Origin: Minisyncoccota bacterium
Lineage (GTDB): Bacteria; Patescibacteriota; Minisyncoccia; Phycocordibacterales; SBAW01
Length of the DNA: 64,000 nucleotides
Assembly: GCA_035510635.1 (NCBI GenBank)
Contig: DATKGU010000001.1
Location: 649-64,648, forward strand
Direction: 5' to 3'
In this document: one piece after another, positions 46,079 to 57,400 of the stretch
Layout: every line of letters begins with the position of its first letter
How positions within the stretch are numbered: position 1 is the first letter of the stretch
Made by a program: the position numbers and the translations under genes
The notes under the pieces: generated by a model
Told to the model about the DNA's origin: nothing
The model's database searches: none
Seen by the model: the letters and a program-made list of their open reading frames with translations, nothing else

Positions 46079-48367
46079 TTATTCAAAGTGAGTTTGATTG
46101 GCTCTTGCAAAGAGCTCGTGCTGGAGGAGAGGGTACGCTAGCAGATTTTCGTCTTTTTGGATTATGGCAAGCGCCTCTTTGCGTGCGGCCTCCACAAGCT
46201 TGAGATTTTTTAGCGCTTCCATGCCGATGTCGCTGATGCCCCATTGTTTGCGGCCGGTAAGTTCGCCTGCGCCGCGCTGGAGCAAATCTTGCTCGGCAAG
46301 CTCAAAGCCGTTTTTGGCTGTCACTAATGCTTTGAGCCGTGCAAGTGTGTGCTCGCCGCGGCTCTCGGGGCAGACAAAACAATACGCTTGATGGTTGCTC
46401 CGCACCACGCGCCCGCGCAATTGGTGGAGCTGTGCCAAGCCAAAACGCTCCGCGCCTTCGATAAAAATCATCGTGGCGTTTGGCACGTTGACGCCCACCT
46501 CCACCACCGAGGTGGCCACAAGTATGTCTATCTCGTGATTCGAAAATTTTGCCATCGTTGTATCTTTTTCCTTCGGAGTCATTTTGCTGTGGAGTATGGC
46601 AATCGTGTATTCGGGAAAGATGTCTTTTTTAAGGCGCTTGGCCTCGGCCGTTACCGACTTGGCCATGATGGCAAACGCTTTGTCCGGATCGGGCTCGTCG
46701 ATGCGCGGACAAATCACGTACGCTTGGCGGCCTTCACTCAGCTGCTCGTGCATTTGTGCATACGCTTTTGCGCGCTCGGATGGTTTTACGATTTCGGTGA
46801 TGATGGGTTTGCGGCCCGCGGGCATTTGGTCGAGCAGCGTGAGGTCGAGGTCGCCATACACCGTGAGCGCGAGCGTGCGCGGGATTGGCGTGGCGGTCAT
46901 CGAGAGTAGATGTGGAAGCGGAGTAAGCTCATGACGGACACGCTGTGAGCTGCCAAGGTGGCCGGCAGGAACTTGCTCCGCTTTATTTTTCTTGGCCAAC
47001 TTTTTGCGCTGATTGACGCCAAAGCGGTGCTGCTCGTCGATGATAACGAGCGCGAGGTGTTTAAACTGCACCGACTTTTGTATCAGCGCGTGTGTGCCTA
47101 TCACGACCGGTATCTCGCCGTTGGCCACCCACTTTAAAAGTTGTGCGCGCGATATGGCGGTTGCTTTATTGCGTGCAACTTTGGAGGGAAATTTGTAACA
47201 GCCGCTGCCGGTGATGAGCCCGATGTTGATGGGGAAGTGCTCAAAATATTTTATAAACGACTCAAAGTGCTGCTTGGCCAAAATTTCGGTCGGCGCCATG
47301 TAGGCCACTTGAAGCGTGCCAAACGTTTGACCCTCGGGCCGCGTGCGCACCGCGGCAAAAACGGCCGTGGCTGCCACGGCCGTTTTGCCGCTGCCGACGT
47401 CTCCTTCGAGGAGACGAGACATGGGATGGCCGCCCTGCATGTCGTGCAAAATAGCATCGATTGCGCGGCTTTGCGCCGCGGTTGGCGTAAAAGGGAAGTG
47501 GCTTACAAACTCGGCAACCTCTTGGGGCGGCGCATCAACCGCAAAACTTTTTTCACGCAGCTGCTTCCGCCGCTCTTGGCCGCGCTCGAGCTGTATCATA
47601 AACACTTCCTCAAACGCAAAGCGCTTGCGCGCGGCCACCGAGTCGGCGAGTTTTTGCGGCGTGTGCATCCACACGAGTGCGTGGGCTCGGCTCGGCAAAT
47701 GATAGCGTTTGATAATATCGGGAGGGATAGGGTCCTCAACATTTTCGAGTGCGCCGTCTTTGATAATTTTTGCAACAGCGTGCCGCATCCAAAGCGATGT
47801 CACACCTTTTGTTTCCGGATAGACTGCAAACAGGTCGTTGGGCTTCTCAGAAAAAGGCTCTGAAAAAGTCCTCGGGCCGCGCCCGGCGTCAGACGCCGAG
47901 GCGCTTCCAGACTTTTCCATTTCCTTTTTCTGATTCGCTTCAAACAAACTTTCTTCAGCAATAGAAACTTTTTGCAATTGCGGATTTGCTAAATACAATT
48001 TGCCTGCGCTGCCGCTCACTTTGCCAACCGCGCGCACGCGCGTGCCGTCGATATACATCTTGGCAATGTACGGCTGGTTAAACCACCGGCACTTGACGCG
48101 GCCGCTACTGTCCCGCACGTACCCCTCGCTCACGGGGATGCGGCTCTTCCAACTTTTTTTGGTCTCCATTTTTTCGAGCACACCAATGATGCTCGCCTCC
48201 ATGCCAAGTGTGAGCCCCGCCACGGCCGCCTCGCCGCCGGCTTGCTCGTATCGAAAAGGGAAGTGATACAAAAGGTCGCGCACGGTGGTAATCCCGAGCC
48301 GCGCCAAGGCGGCCTTGTGAGCATCTGCGAGCCGAAACGTGTTGGAGAGGGGATCGGTGAGTCGCAT
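46079..48367 (-). CDS. recG: ATP-dependent DNA helicase RecG
   Basis: Wedge domain, helicase motifs (GDVGSGKT, DEQHRFG), C-terminal TRG region. Contains a low-complexity insertion. Confidence 0.9.
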   Translation of the reverse strand: MRLTDPLSNTFRLADAHKAALARLGITTVRDLLYHFPFRYEQAGGEAAVAGLTLGMEASIIGVLEKMETKKSWKSRIPVSEGYVRDSSGRVKCRWFNQPYIAKMYIDGTRVRAVGKVSGSAGKLYLANPQLQKVSIAEESLFEANQKKEMEKSGSASASDAGRGPRTFSEPFSEKPNDLFAVYPETKGVTSLWMRHAVAKIIKDGALENVEDPIPPDIIKRYHLPSRAHALVWMHTPQKLADSVAARKRFAFEEVFMIQLERGQERRKQLREKSFAVDAPPQEVAEFVSHFPFTPTAAQSRAIDAILHDMQGGHPMSRLLEGDVGSGKTAVAATAVFAAVRTRPEGQTFGTLQVAYMAPTEILAKQHFESFIKYFEHFPINIGLITGSGCYKFPSKVARNKATAISRAQLLKWVANGEIPVVIGTHALIQKSVQFKHLALVIIDEQHRFGVNQRKKLAKKNKAEQVPAGHLGSSQRVRHELTPLPHLLSMTATPIPRTLALTVYGDLDLTLLDQMPAGRKPIITEIVKPSERAKAYAQMHEQLSEGRQAYVICPRIDEPDPDKAFAIMAKSVTAEAKRLKKDIFPEYTIAILHSKMTPKEKDTTMAKFSNHEIDILVATSVVEVGVNVPNATMIFIEGAERFGLAQLHQLRGRVVRSNHQAYCFVCPESRGEHTLARLKALVTAKNGFELAEQDLLQRGAGELTGRKQWGISDIGMEALKNLKLVEAARKEALAIIQKDENLLAYPLLQHELFARANQTHFE

Positions 48368-48415
48368 GTTCTCCTTGAATATACACCGCCTGCGTTAGAG
48401 CGTATACTCATATTC

Positions 48416-49570
48416 ATGACTCAAAAACAAAACGATACCAAAGCTCTTGCTCTCCACAAAAAGCTCCGCGGGAAAATCCGCATCACGCCCGCTCTGCCTA
48501 TCAAAGACCGGGCCACGCTCTCTCTTATATATACGCCGGGGGTCGCGGCTGTTTCAAAGTTTATAACTGGCCCGTCTTCTTATATTGAGCAAGCAAAGCT
48601 TGCTAGAACACACACTATCAAGGGTCGCATGATTGCCGTGATTAGCGACGGCTCATCAGTGCTCGGCCTCGGCAACATCGGCCCCTATGGTGCGCTCCCA
48701 GTGATGGAAGGGAAGGCCGCGCTTTTTAAAACGTTTGCGGATGTCGACGCCTTCCCGCTCGTGCTCGACACGCAACAAGTCGACGAGGTGGTGGAAACCA
48801 TCGTGCGCATCGCGCCTGCGTTTGGCGGGATTAATCTTGAGGATATTAAAGCGCCGGAGTGTTTTGCTATTGAGGCGCGCCTTAAAGAGCGGCTCGACAT
48901 CCCCGTGATGCATGACGACCAGCATGGCACGGCCATTGCGGCGCTTGCGGCGCTCATCAACGCAGCCAAGGTGGTCAAAAAAGATTTTAAAAAATTAAAA
49001 GTGGTTGTCAGTGGTGCAGGCGCGGCCGGCACGGCCATTGCAAAGCTCCTTTTTAAAGCGGGTGTTAAAGATATTATTGTGCTCGACAGCAAAGGTATTA
49101 TCGATGCGTCGCGAGGTGATGCGCACAAAAAAGAACTTGCCGCGTTTACCAACCCGCGCAGTATTGAGGGTGGGCTCACCGATGCGCTGCTTGGTGCCGA
49201 CGCACTCATTGGCGTGTCGGGGCCTAACCTCATGGGTGCCAAAGAGGTGTCGATGATGGCAAAAGGCGCAATTATTTTTGCGATGGCCAACCCCACGCCG
49301 GAGATAACACCCGAGGAGGCGCACAAAGGCGGGGCAGCAGTGGTGGGCACCGGCCGGAGCGACTATCCCAATCAAATCAACAACTCGCTCGTCTTCCCGG
49401 GCGTGTTTCGCGGGGCGCTCGACAACAAAGTGAGCAAAATCACCGATGAGATGAAGCTCAAAGCCGCGCACAACCTTGCCGCGCTGGTCAAAAAGCCCAC
49501 GGCGCAAAAAATAGTACCCGGCGCGTTTGAGAAAGGAGTGGTCGCCGCGGTTGCAAAAGCGATTTGCTAA
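48416..49570 (+). CDS. NAD(P)-dependent malic enzyme (short form)
   Basis: Malic-enzyme N-terminal and NAD-binding domains (LSLIYTPGV, VVSGAGAAGTAI). ATG 48416 preferred over track 48242. Confidence 0.85.
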   Translation: MTQKQNDTKALALHKKLRGKIRITPALPIKDRATLSLIYTPGVAAVSKFITGPSSYIEQAKLARTHTIKGRMIAVISDGSSVLGLGNIGPYGALPVMEGKAALFKTFADVDAFPLVLDTQQVDEVVETIVRIAPAFGGINLEDIKAPECFAIEARLKERLDIPVMHDDQHGTAIAALAALINAAKVVKKDFKKLKVVVSGAGAAGTAIAKLLFKAGVKDIIVLDSKGIIDASRGDAHKKELAAFTNPRSIEGGLTDALLGADALIGVSGPNLMGAKEVSMMAKGAIIFAMANPTPEITPEEAHKGGAAVVGTGRSDYPNQINNSLVFPGVFRGALDNKVSKITDEMKLKAAHNLAALVKKPTAQKIVPGAFEKGVVAAVAKAIC

Positions 49571-50676
49571 AACGAGTCGGTTTGCGGAGAGCCTAAGCCG
49601 GTGACGTAGTCGTAATGCATGCGCGCGTCGCAAAAGTATCCGCACGAACCGTTTGAGCCGCTCGTGATATCGCGGAAATATTTGGCATGCTCGCCGGTGG
49701 ATTTGTCGGCGTAGAGCTGCGCATTGGTAACGCCTGAACCAAGCGCCGCAATGGCAGCCCATTGCGGTGCTCCTGCCGAGGTACCGCCCACAGTGTGCCA
49801 CGCGCCTTTAACATAAATAGGGAAGCCGGTGGATGGGTCGGCATCGTAGGCAACGTCGGGTATGGCGCGCATGCCGCCCGCTTTGGGGATACTGTAATTT
49901 TTTTGAAAGGTTGGCTCTTTTTCGTATGCGCTGATACCGCCGCCACTGCCGCTCCACGCGCTCTCGCTTGCAACACTGCCGTTGTTTGTAAGTGCAAGCG
50001 TTGTGCCTCCAACACCAATAACGTTGGGCGAGCTGGCAGGCCACGACGCACCGGCGCCATTATCGCCGGATGACGCAAAAAACGGCGCGCCGCTCGTGCT
50101 CACAAAATGCGAGTCCATCGAAACCTCCTCGGGAAACTCGGCGCCGCCCCAGCTCATCGAAATTGCGGATGCATTTTTAACGCTTGCCGCGTAGTCAACC
50201 GCTTTAAGCAAGTTGGCGCCGCTTGGCGTGGTTGCCTCGACCACTAAAATTTTTGCTTGCGGCGCGACAGCATGCGCCCACTCGACATCGAGCGAGGTTT
50301 CCATCGCCCAGCCGCTATTGCTTGCAATTGAAGCACTCATCGCGTGTTTGGTAAAACAGCCGTTGGCGGTTGTACATGCGGGCAAGTTAAATGCTTTATC
50401 AAACGCGGCGAGGTCGGCCTCGAGCGTTGCATCGTTGTATGCGCCGACGATAACAATCGTGCCGTGGCCGCCGCTTGCGGGGAGGTTGTATGCTTTTTTA
50501 ATTTGGCCCGGCGTCATGCCAACGGGCGTTTTGCTGGTGCCCCCAAGCGTGTGTATCGGCGGCACGCCTTGGTAATTGCTAAAGTGATACGAAGCCTCTG
50601 CCTCGGTGTAAAAAAGAGCCTCTCCCAAAAACAAGCACGTGATAAAAAATAGACCAAAAGCTGTTACATACTTCAT
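49567..50676 (-). CDS. secreted peptidase S53 (sedolisin/kumamolisin-like) family protein
   Basis: Signal peptide, pro-domain-like AYNDATLEADLAAFDKAFNLP, SSGDNGAG, catalytic GGTSAGAPQWAAI. Confidence 0.7.
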   Translation of the reverse strand: MKYVTAFGLFFITCLFLGEALFYTEAEASYHFSNYQGVPPIHTLGGTSKTPVGMTPGQIKKAYNLPASGGHGTIVIVGAYNDATLEADLAAFDKAFNLPACTTANGCFTKHAMSASIASNSGWAMETSLDVEWAHAVAPQAKILVVEATTPSGANLLKAVDYAASVKNASAISMSWGGAEFPEEVSMDSHFVSTSGAPFFASSGDNGAGASWPASSPNVIGVGGTTLALTNNGSVASESAWSGSGGGISAYEKEPTFQKNYSIPKAGGMRAIPDVAYDADPSTGFPIYVKGAWHTVGGTSAGAPQWAAIAALGSGVTNAQLYADKSTGEHAKYFRDITSGSNGSCGYFCDARMHYDYVTGLGSPQTDSF

Positions 50677-50767
50677 GCGCGCGAGCATACCAAGCCTCCT
50701 CGCGATATGCAATATAAGAAAAATAGAGATTATATTTTTCGGGTTTTAGTTCGAATCTCGGCGGGGT

Positions 50768-51400
50768 CTACAAAACTCCGAGAAGATGCGCCGCGACGAG
50801 TGACAACCACATCCACCCCGCAATGATGGAGAGGCGCTGCATGAGACCGCCGACCGAATTTAGGTGGAGCTTAAACGCGAAGCCGAGGCCGGCGAGCGCG
50901 AAGAACACCACGATCGCTATGGCCGAAATCGCCGAGTACAGAGCCCAACCGGAATCACCGGTGCCGGCAAACAAGTTCGCGAATATGACGCTCGCGGCAA
51001 TCAGTGCGGCGAAGACCGGACCCGAAGCTTGGTCGTGCAGAATGCCGCTGCGCGTGCGCTCAGCGCGGCTTGGCCACGCGAGACCTGTAATATCAGTTAC
51101 AAAGGTTCCCGCTGCTATGAGCCCTAAGCCAAATACGGCCACCAACGTTGGTGGCCACCACGAGTTTCCATATGCTGCGAGTGCTACATGCAGGCCGGGT
51201 ACGTATGCGAGCGCTAGAAAGCCGGTGATAAAGAAATTGGCTCGTTGTATCCAGCCGCGTTCGCCGATGGCAAGTGCACTCACTGGCTGACGAAGAGATT
51301 GGTAGCCGGACCGCAGCATTCCTTCGACCAGGAAGACGATAATAAAGAAAGGTCCTATCAAAACACCGCACCAAATCGATAATGTTGTGGCAGTGAGCAT
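50768..51400 (-). CDS. DUF998-like polytopic membrane protein
   Basis: Six predicted TM helices, no catalytic motifs. Confidence 0.5.
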   Translation of the reverse strand: MLTATTLSIWCGVLIGPFFIIVFLVEGMLRSGYQSLRQPVSALAIGERGWIQRANFFITGFLALAYVPGLHVALAAYGNSWWPPTLVAVFGLGLIAAGTFVTDITGLAWPSRAERTRSGILHDQASGPVFAALIAASVIFANLFAGTGDSGWALYSAISAIAIVVFFALAGLGFAFKLHLNSVGGLMQRLSIIAGWMWLSLVAAHLLGVL

Positions 51401-51545
51401 GCCGTAAGTGTACCAGTTCCCGAAGTGATCTTTTTCAAGAAAAGTTCGGTGTCCCTTCGCCCTATCTAGATTTCCTAAAAACGTGCTGCGTAACTATGCC
51501 TAAGAATAAGGCTCTCGGGTCTGTCCGATACAAAAGTCTTCGGGC

Positions 51546-51694
51546 GGAGAGGGAGGGAATTTCTCCTTCGACTCAAGTATGCCTCGTCAGGCACACTTGG
51601 TCTAGGCACCCCCTCGCTAAATTTTCTGCTGAAAATTTATGCTCCGGCGTTCGAATCCCTCACGTGATGTACTCAAGTACATCACTCCTCTCCG
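51546..51694 (+). other. tRNA-Ser-derived ~149-nt element (inverted, insertion-bearing copy; pseudo-tRNA or att remnant)
   Basis: Same acceptor ends GGAGAGG...CCUCUCC-G-CA as the adjacent tRNA-Ser. Contains GUUCGAAUCCCUC T-loop segment. Interrupted by perfect hairpins (gtgatgtact-caa-agtacatcac; aaattttc-tgct-gaaaattt). Confidence 0.4.
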
Positions 51695-51733
51695 CATAAG
51701 AAAATAACGCCCTACAGGCGTATTTTCAAACTG

Positions 51734-51820
51734 CGGAGAGGGAGGGATTCGAACCCTCGGTCCAGTTCCCCGGACAACAACTTAGCAGGTTGCTCCATTC
51801 GACCGCTCTGGCACCTCTCC
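51734..51820 (-). tRNA. tRNA-Ser (anticodon GCU)
   Basis: Reverse complement reads GGAGAGGUGCCAGAGCGGUCGAAUGGAGCAACCUGCUAAGUUG... with long variable arm, T-arm GAGGG-UUCGAAUC-CCUC, acceptor CCUCUCC, discriminator G. Confidence 0.85.
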
Positions 51821-52031
51821 GTACCAGTTACCTTACACTAATTTTGGCCGTGGCGCACGCTGAAACAACCTGCTTTTTATTTCTGCCGAGGGACTTTAGC
51901 ACCTGCCTTGCGGGCTTCTGAAAGGCCTATCGCTATCGCTTGTTTGCGGCTCTTTACCTTTTTGCCGCGGGCCCATATGTTGTTGCCATATCTCTAAGTA
52001 TGCAGAGGATTAATAAAACTGTGGTGAAGCT

Positions 52032-52706
52032 TTAAAAAATTCCGGGGACCAGATGCCAGCGGACCTTAGTTTTGTACTCCTGGTAGCCCGATAGATTTTG
52101 AGAAAGAAACTTTTCTTCATCTAACAATCGCCACACAAAACCAAGCACGATAAGAACGCAAGGAATGAGGCCCCAATACGAGCCGAGGGCCAACGTCACC
52201 CCAGGGAAATATAGTATTGCGCATGAGTACATTGGATTCCGCACGATTGCATAAGGGCCGGTAGAGATTACCTTTTGTTCCTTGCTGATTTCTACCGTCG
52301 TGGAACCAAAAGAATTTTCTTTGAATACGCGGTATACCGCCCACATGCTCACTATAATAAGCATGTTACCTATGATGGAGAGCCAAGATGGCACGCTCGA
52401 CCAGCCGAAACGGTGGTCAAGCACTGGCATGATATAGGCGGCGACGCAGAGGAGCCCCAAGCACAACACAATGACTTTCTGGAGGGGTCGTTGCTCTGCG
52501 GTTGGGCCGCCCTTCACTCTGCTTTCGAGGAGTATGGGGTCGCTTACTATGTAGAGCGTAAGGAGTGCGCTGGTAACGAACCCTACCGCAAGATAGGTCC
52601 ACGCCTGCCAATAGTGTATGGTCCCCGCTGCTAGAAATAACGCGGCTCCTATGATCACAAAGCCGACCACAAGCATAACCCACATTTTTGTCTTAGGGTT
52701 TTTCAT
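52032..52706 (-). CDS. isoprenylcysteine carboxyl methyltransferase (ICMT)/phospholipid methyltransferase family membrane protein
   Basis: VRNPMY and C-terminal EEKFL...GYQEYKTKVRWHLVPGIF motifs of the ICMT family. Confidence 0.7.
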   Translation of the reverse strand: MKNPKTKMWVMLVVGFVIIGAALFLAAGTIHYWQAWTYLAVGFVTSALLTLYIVSDPILLESRVKGGPTAEQRPLQKVIVLCLGLLCVAAYIMPVLDHRFGWSSVPSWLSIIGNMLIIVSMWAVYRVFKENSFGSTTVEISKEQKVISTGPYAIVRNPMYSCAILYFPGVTLALGSYWGLIPCVLIVLGFVWRLLDEEKFLSQNLSGYQEYKTKVRWHLVPGIF

Positions 52707-52785
52707 GCCCTTACTATACCGCTGTTTTATATTGGCACGTTTCGGCTTTCTTCATCTATTACCGTAAATAATGTATATTTCATAG

Positions 52786-54405
52786 ATGTCCATATTTACG
52801 AATGTTGTCCGCTATGTACGCTCCCTGCCGCTCCAATACTCCGTGGGGGGAGGGGTGCTCATCGTGATTGTCCTCGTCGTTGGAGTCCATCTTATTACCG
52901 GCTCTGCCGCCACTCCGGTGACGCCGCCGCAAATTTCGCACGTCACACTCGCCTCGGTCGCGAGCCTCTCTTCGCAAGCGGGGCCCTTGCCGGTGGTGGG
53001 CACCGTTACCTCGCTCAACCAGGCGAGTATTTTGGCGGAGAGTTCGGGCGAAATAACACTCCTTAATCATCAACTGGGCGACCAAGTAAGCGCCGGCAGT
53101 ATTATTGCCGAGATGGAAAACAGCAGCCAGCAAGCCGCGGTGGTACAGGCGCAGGGCGCCTATGAGGGTGCACAAGCGGCACTTACCAAAGCGCAAGGTT
53201 CGACCGCAGCCAACTCAAGCATCACCTCAACGCAGGCGGCAGGAGCCGCGGCAAATGCGCAAACCTCTGTTACTGCGTCTCTCCACAGCGCGTTTGCGGC
53301 GGCAGATGATGCGGTACATACAAAAGCCGATGCATTATTTAACAACCCGCGCAGCACCTCGCCGACCTTAGTGTCTTTTACGATCCCCGACAGTCAGCTG
53401 GTTACCACGGTTGAGAACGAGCGTTCGACGCTCGACCCGCTCATTGCAAGTATGCAAACCCTCGGCAGTGCAACCAGCACGGCTGATATCGATGCAAGCG
53501 TCACGGCGGCGATCTCAAACGCGCAAACGATAGAGTCGTTTTTAAATGACCTTATTACGGCCATCAACGAAGCGGTGCCAAACCAGTATGAGACGTCGGC
53601 TCAAATCGCAAGCAGCCAAGCAACGCTCTCTGCCGCGCGGAGCGAGGTGGTGGGCGCAGTGTCGAGCCTCACCGCTTCCAAGAGCGCGTACGACAGCGCG
53701 GTGTCCGGCGCGCAAACGGCCACCAACTCTGCCACGGCGGGGACCGGCAGCGACATTGCCACGGCTGAGGCCAATGCAAAGTCGGCGCTTGGCGCACTGC
53801 AAGCGGCCGAGGCCAATCTCGAAAAAACAATTATCCGCTCGCCGATATCGGGCACGATTGTGAGTTTGCCGATTACGCAGGGAGGCTTTGTATCGTCGTT
53901 TGCGCAGGTGGCGCAGGTTTCCAACCCGGGCGCGCTCGAGATTGACACCTATGTCACTGCCGATGATGCCAAAACAATTGCGGTTGGCGGCAAGGCTGTT
54001 ATTAGCGGCACCGTGCAAGGCGTTATTGTTTCGATCGCGCCGGCCATCGACCCGACCACCGGCAAAATTTTGGTAAAAGTCGGCTTGGTGGGGAGCCAAA
54101 GCCAGCTCACCGATGGCGACACGGTGACGCTCACGCTCGCGCGCGCAGTGTCAGCGCCGAGCACCACGGCCGCATCCGCATCATCTGCTTCACTCGTAAT
54201 ACCGATTGTCGCGGCAAAGATAACTCCCACGGGGCCGGTGGTATTTACGGTGAGCTCCTCCACACTTGTGTCGATGCCGATAACGCTCGGTACGATATTG
54301 GGCGACCAGGTCACCGTGCTCAGCGGTTTAACGCCCCAGTCCGACATCGTGACCGATGCGCGCGGGCTTTCCAACGGACAACAAGTGGTCGTGGATACGC
54401 AATAA
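52786..54405 (+). CDS. efflux transporter periplasmic adaptor (HlyD/membrane-fusion family) with long coiled coil
   Basis: N-terminal TM, coiled-coil, beta-barrel and lipoyl-like segments (IIRSPISGTIVSL). Confidence 0.8.
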   Translation: MSIFTNVVRYVRSLPLQYSVGGGVLIVIVLVVGVHLITGSAATPVTPPQISHVTLASVASLSSQAGPLPVVGTVTSLNQASILAESSGEITLLNHQLGDQVSAGSIIAEMENSSQQAAVVQAQGAYEGAQAALTKAQGSTAANSSITSTQAAGAAANAQTSVTASLHSAFAAADDAVHTKADALFNNPRSTSPTLVSFTIPDSQLVTTVENERSTLDPLIASMQTLGSATSTADIDASVTAAISNAQTIESFLNDLITAINEAVPNQYETSAQIASSQATLSAARSEVVGAVSSLTASKSAYDSAVSGAQTATNSATAGTGSDIATAEANAKSALGALQAAEANLEKTIIRSPISGTIVSLPITQGGFVSSFAQVAQVSNPGALEIDTYVTADDAKTIAVGGKAVISGTVQGVIVSIAPAIDPTTGKILVKVGLVGSQSQLTDGDTVTLTLARAVSAPSTTAASASSASLVIPIVAAKITPTGPVVFTVSSSTLVSMPITLGTILGDQVTVLSGLTPQSDIVTDARGLSNGQQVVVDTQ

Positions 54406-54411
54406 CTCTGT

Positions 54412-57400
54412 ATGCTTTGGTTATGGAACTTTTTTCTCGATAAGAAACAGTTTAGCTACGTACTCATAGCGTTTTTGGTAGCGGCCGGTTTTTACGCGCT
54501 CGTACAAATCCCAAAAGAAAACTCGCCGTCTATCGACATCCCCTATGCAGCCGTAACCACTACGCTGCCCGGCGCCTCCTCCGCCGACATGGAGACGCTG
54601 GTCACCAACAAGCTCGAGGCGCAGATTTCCGGCATCAGCAATATCGACACGCTCACCTCCGACTCGGTCGACGGCGTTTCCTCGATTGTGGTGCAATTTA
54701 ACGCCAATGCGGACTCAAACCAATCGCTGCAAGACTTGCGCGACGCGGTCTCGCGCGCGGCGCCCGACCTGCCGTCCGACGCCTCGACGCCTTTGGTGAG
54801 CAAGGTGTCGTTTAACGATTCGCCGGTTATCGTGGTCTCGGTCTCGAGCGAATTGCCGCAAAGCGCTCTCTCACAGCTTGGCACCACGCTCTCCGACGAC
54901 CTCAAAAACGTGCAGGGTGTCTCGGAGGTCGACGTTGCCGGCGTGCCCGCGCGCGAGGTTGATGTTGTGGTTAATCAGCAGGCGCTCACACAATACAAGC
55001 TCAGCCTCGTTGGCGTTATCTCCGCAATTTCGGCGAGCAATGCCGCGCTTCCGGCCGGCGCTATCACGATTGATGGCACTAACTACGACGTCAATTTTAA
55101 AGGCGGCCTCACCGACCCCTCGCAAGTTGAAGGCATTGCAGTGGGTTCCAACAACGGCGTCCCGGTGTATCTGCGTGATATTGCGACAATCTCCGACGGC
55201 CTCGCACCCGCAACAACCTACTCGCGCCTCTCGCTTAATGGTAAACCAAGCAACCAGGCCATTACGCTTTTAGTACATCGGCAGTCGGGCGCGAGCATCA
55301 TTGGCGTTGCAAGTGCGGTAAAAGAGGAGGTCACCGCGCTCCAAAAAACGCAACTGTTACAAGGCGCGCAGGTATTTATATCTCCATCGACCGACCAGAG
55401 CATCCAAATTACCAAACAGCTTGGCGACCTCACGAAGACCGGTTTTGAAACCGTGGCGCTGGTTATCATTGTGCTTCTCATCACGATAGGGTGGCGCGAG
55501 TCGCTCGTGGCAGCCTTGGCCATCCCGCTCTCGTTTCTCATTTCATTTATTGGGCTCTACATCACCGGCAACACCCTCAACTTTATCTCGCTCTTTGCGC
55601 TCATTTTGGCGGTGGGCATTTTAGTCGACTCCGGCATCGTGGTCACCGAGGCCATACACGCGCGCATGCGGATTTATAACAATCCACTGCTCGCCGCGCG
55701 CGCCGCGCTCCATGACTATGCATGGCCCTTGATTGCGGGCACGATGGCAACGGTGGCCGTGTTTGCACCGCTCTTTTTTATCTCCGGCATCATCGGCAAA
55801 TTTATTGCGGGTATTCCGTACACGCTCATCTTTGTGCTCATGGCCTCTATCTTTGTGGCGCTCGGCATCGTGCCCTTAATTGCGGTGCTGTTTACCAAGC
55901 CGCACTCCAACCGTCTTGAGCAAAAACAAGAGGAGTATACCGAGCGGCTCACCTTGTGGTACAAGCAAATGTTGCGCCGCGTGCTCAACCACCGCCGCTA
56001 TCAAAATATATTTTTGTGGACACTTTCCATATTGTTTGTGCTCTCGCTCTCGCTGCCATTTGTCGGGCTCATACAGTCGGTGTTTTTCCCGCAGAGCGAC
56101 GAAGACTATGTATACATCAACATCGAGAAGCCCGAAAACACGAGCCTCGCAGAGACCGACCTCGCCACGCGCGAGGTCGAGGAAATCCTCTATACCGACC
56201 CGGACATTCAATCATTCCAAACAACGGTGGGGCAGAGTTCATCGCTCTCCGGCTCGGGCTCCTCAGGCAGCAATCAGGCAAACATTACGGTAAACCTCTT
56301 TCCCGGGCACAAAAAATCATCAACACAAGTGGGCAACGAGCTCGAGCAAAAACTTGCACCGATTACCGATGCAAACGTCCAGGTCTTGCAATCAAGCAAT
56401 GGTCCCAGCTCTGGCGCGCCTATCCAAATACAGTTTGAGGGCGCCAACCTCGACGAGCTCACCGCGGCAGCCGACAACGGCAAACAATTGCTCGCCACTA
56501 TCCCGCATGTCACCAACATCACTGCCAGCACGCAAAACAACGGCACTGAGTTTGACCTCTCAATTGATAGGGCAAAAGTTGCCGCCGCCGGGCTCTCGAC
56601 ACAAACCATAGCGCAAACGCTGCGCGCCGCGGTGCAAGGCACCAAGGCCACCTCAATCCCCGAGCTCAGCCAAGACATCGACGTGATGGTAAAACTTAAC
56701 CTCAATCCGGCGTACACCGATCCATCGCAGACGACTGTTACCACGCTCGACTCGATTGATAACATCGCGGTTCAAACTCCCTCGGGCGGCTCTGTCCTCC
56801 TCGGGAGCCTTCTCAACAGCAATCTTGGGGCAAGCAGCGCCGACATTGCGCACAAAGATAAAAACCGCATCGAAACCGTCTCGGCCTATCCGGACGACAA
56901 AACTACCACGAGCGCCGTGGTGGCGCAGTTCCAAAAGAGGATAGGGGAGCTCCACTTGCCGGCTGACGTGTCGGTGTCGTATGGCGGCGAAACGCAAGAT
57001 ATCAATCAATCGTTTACCGAAATGTTTGTGGCGCTCATCGCGGGGCTTGTGCTCATGTTTATGATTTTGGTGATTTCGTTTAACTCAATCCGCTACACGC
57101 TCTATCTCTTGCTTATCGTGCCGCTCTCGCTCATCGGCGTGCTCGACGGCCTCGCGCTCACCAACCAGCCGATATCACTCACCTCGCTCCTTGGCGTCAT
57201 CGCGCTCGGCGGCGTCATCATCAACCACGCCATCATCCTCATGGACTCGATGATTCATCATCTGCGCGCCGAGCCCACCAAACCCATCATCGACATCGTG
57301 GTCGACTCGGCCGCAACAAGGCTGCGCCCCATTGTGCTCACCACCGTGACCACGATTGTCGGCATGATCCCGCTCGCGGAGTCTAACGCCAGCTGGGGGC

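Noticed and set aside
51400-52031. rRNA, RNase P or SRP RNA in the ORF-free stretch around the tRNAs
   Set aside because: No recognisable conserved blocks (for example the SRP GGAA/AGCA motifs or RNase P P4 sequences) were seen. Only tRNA-type structures.
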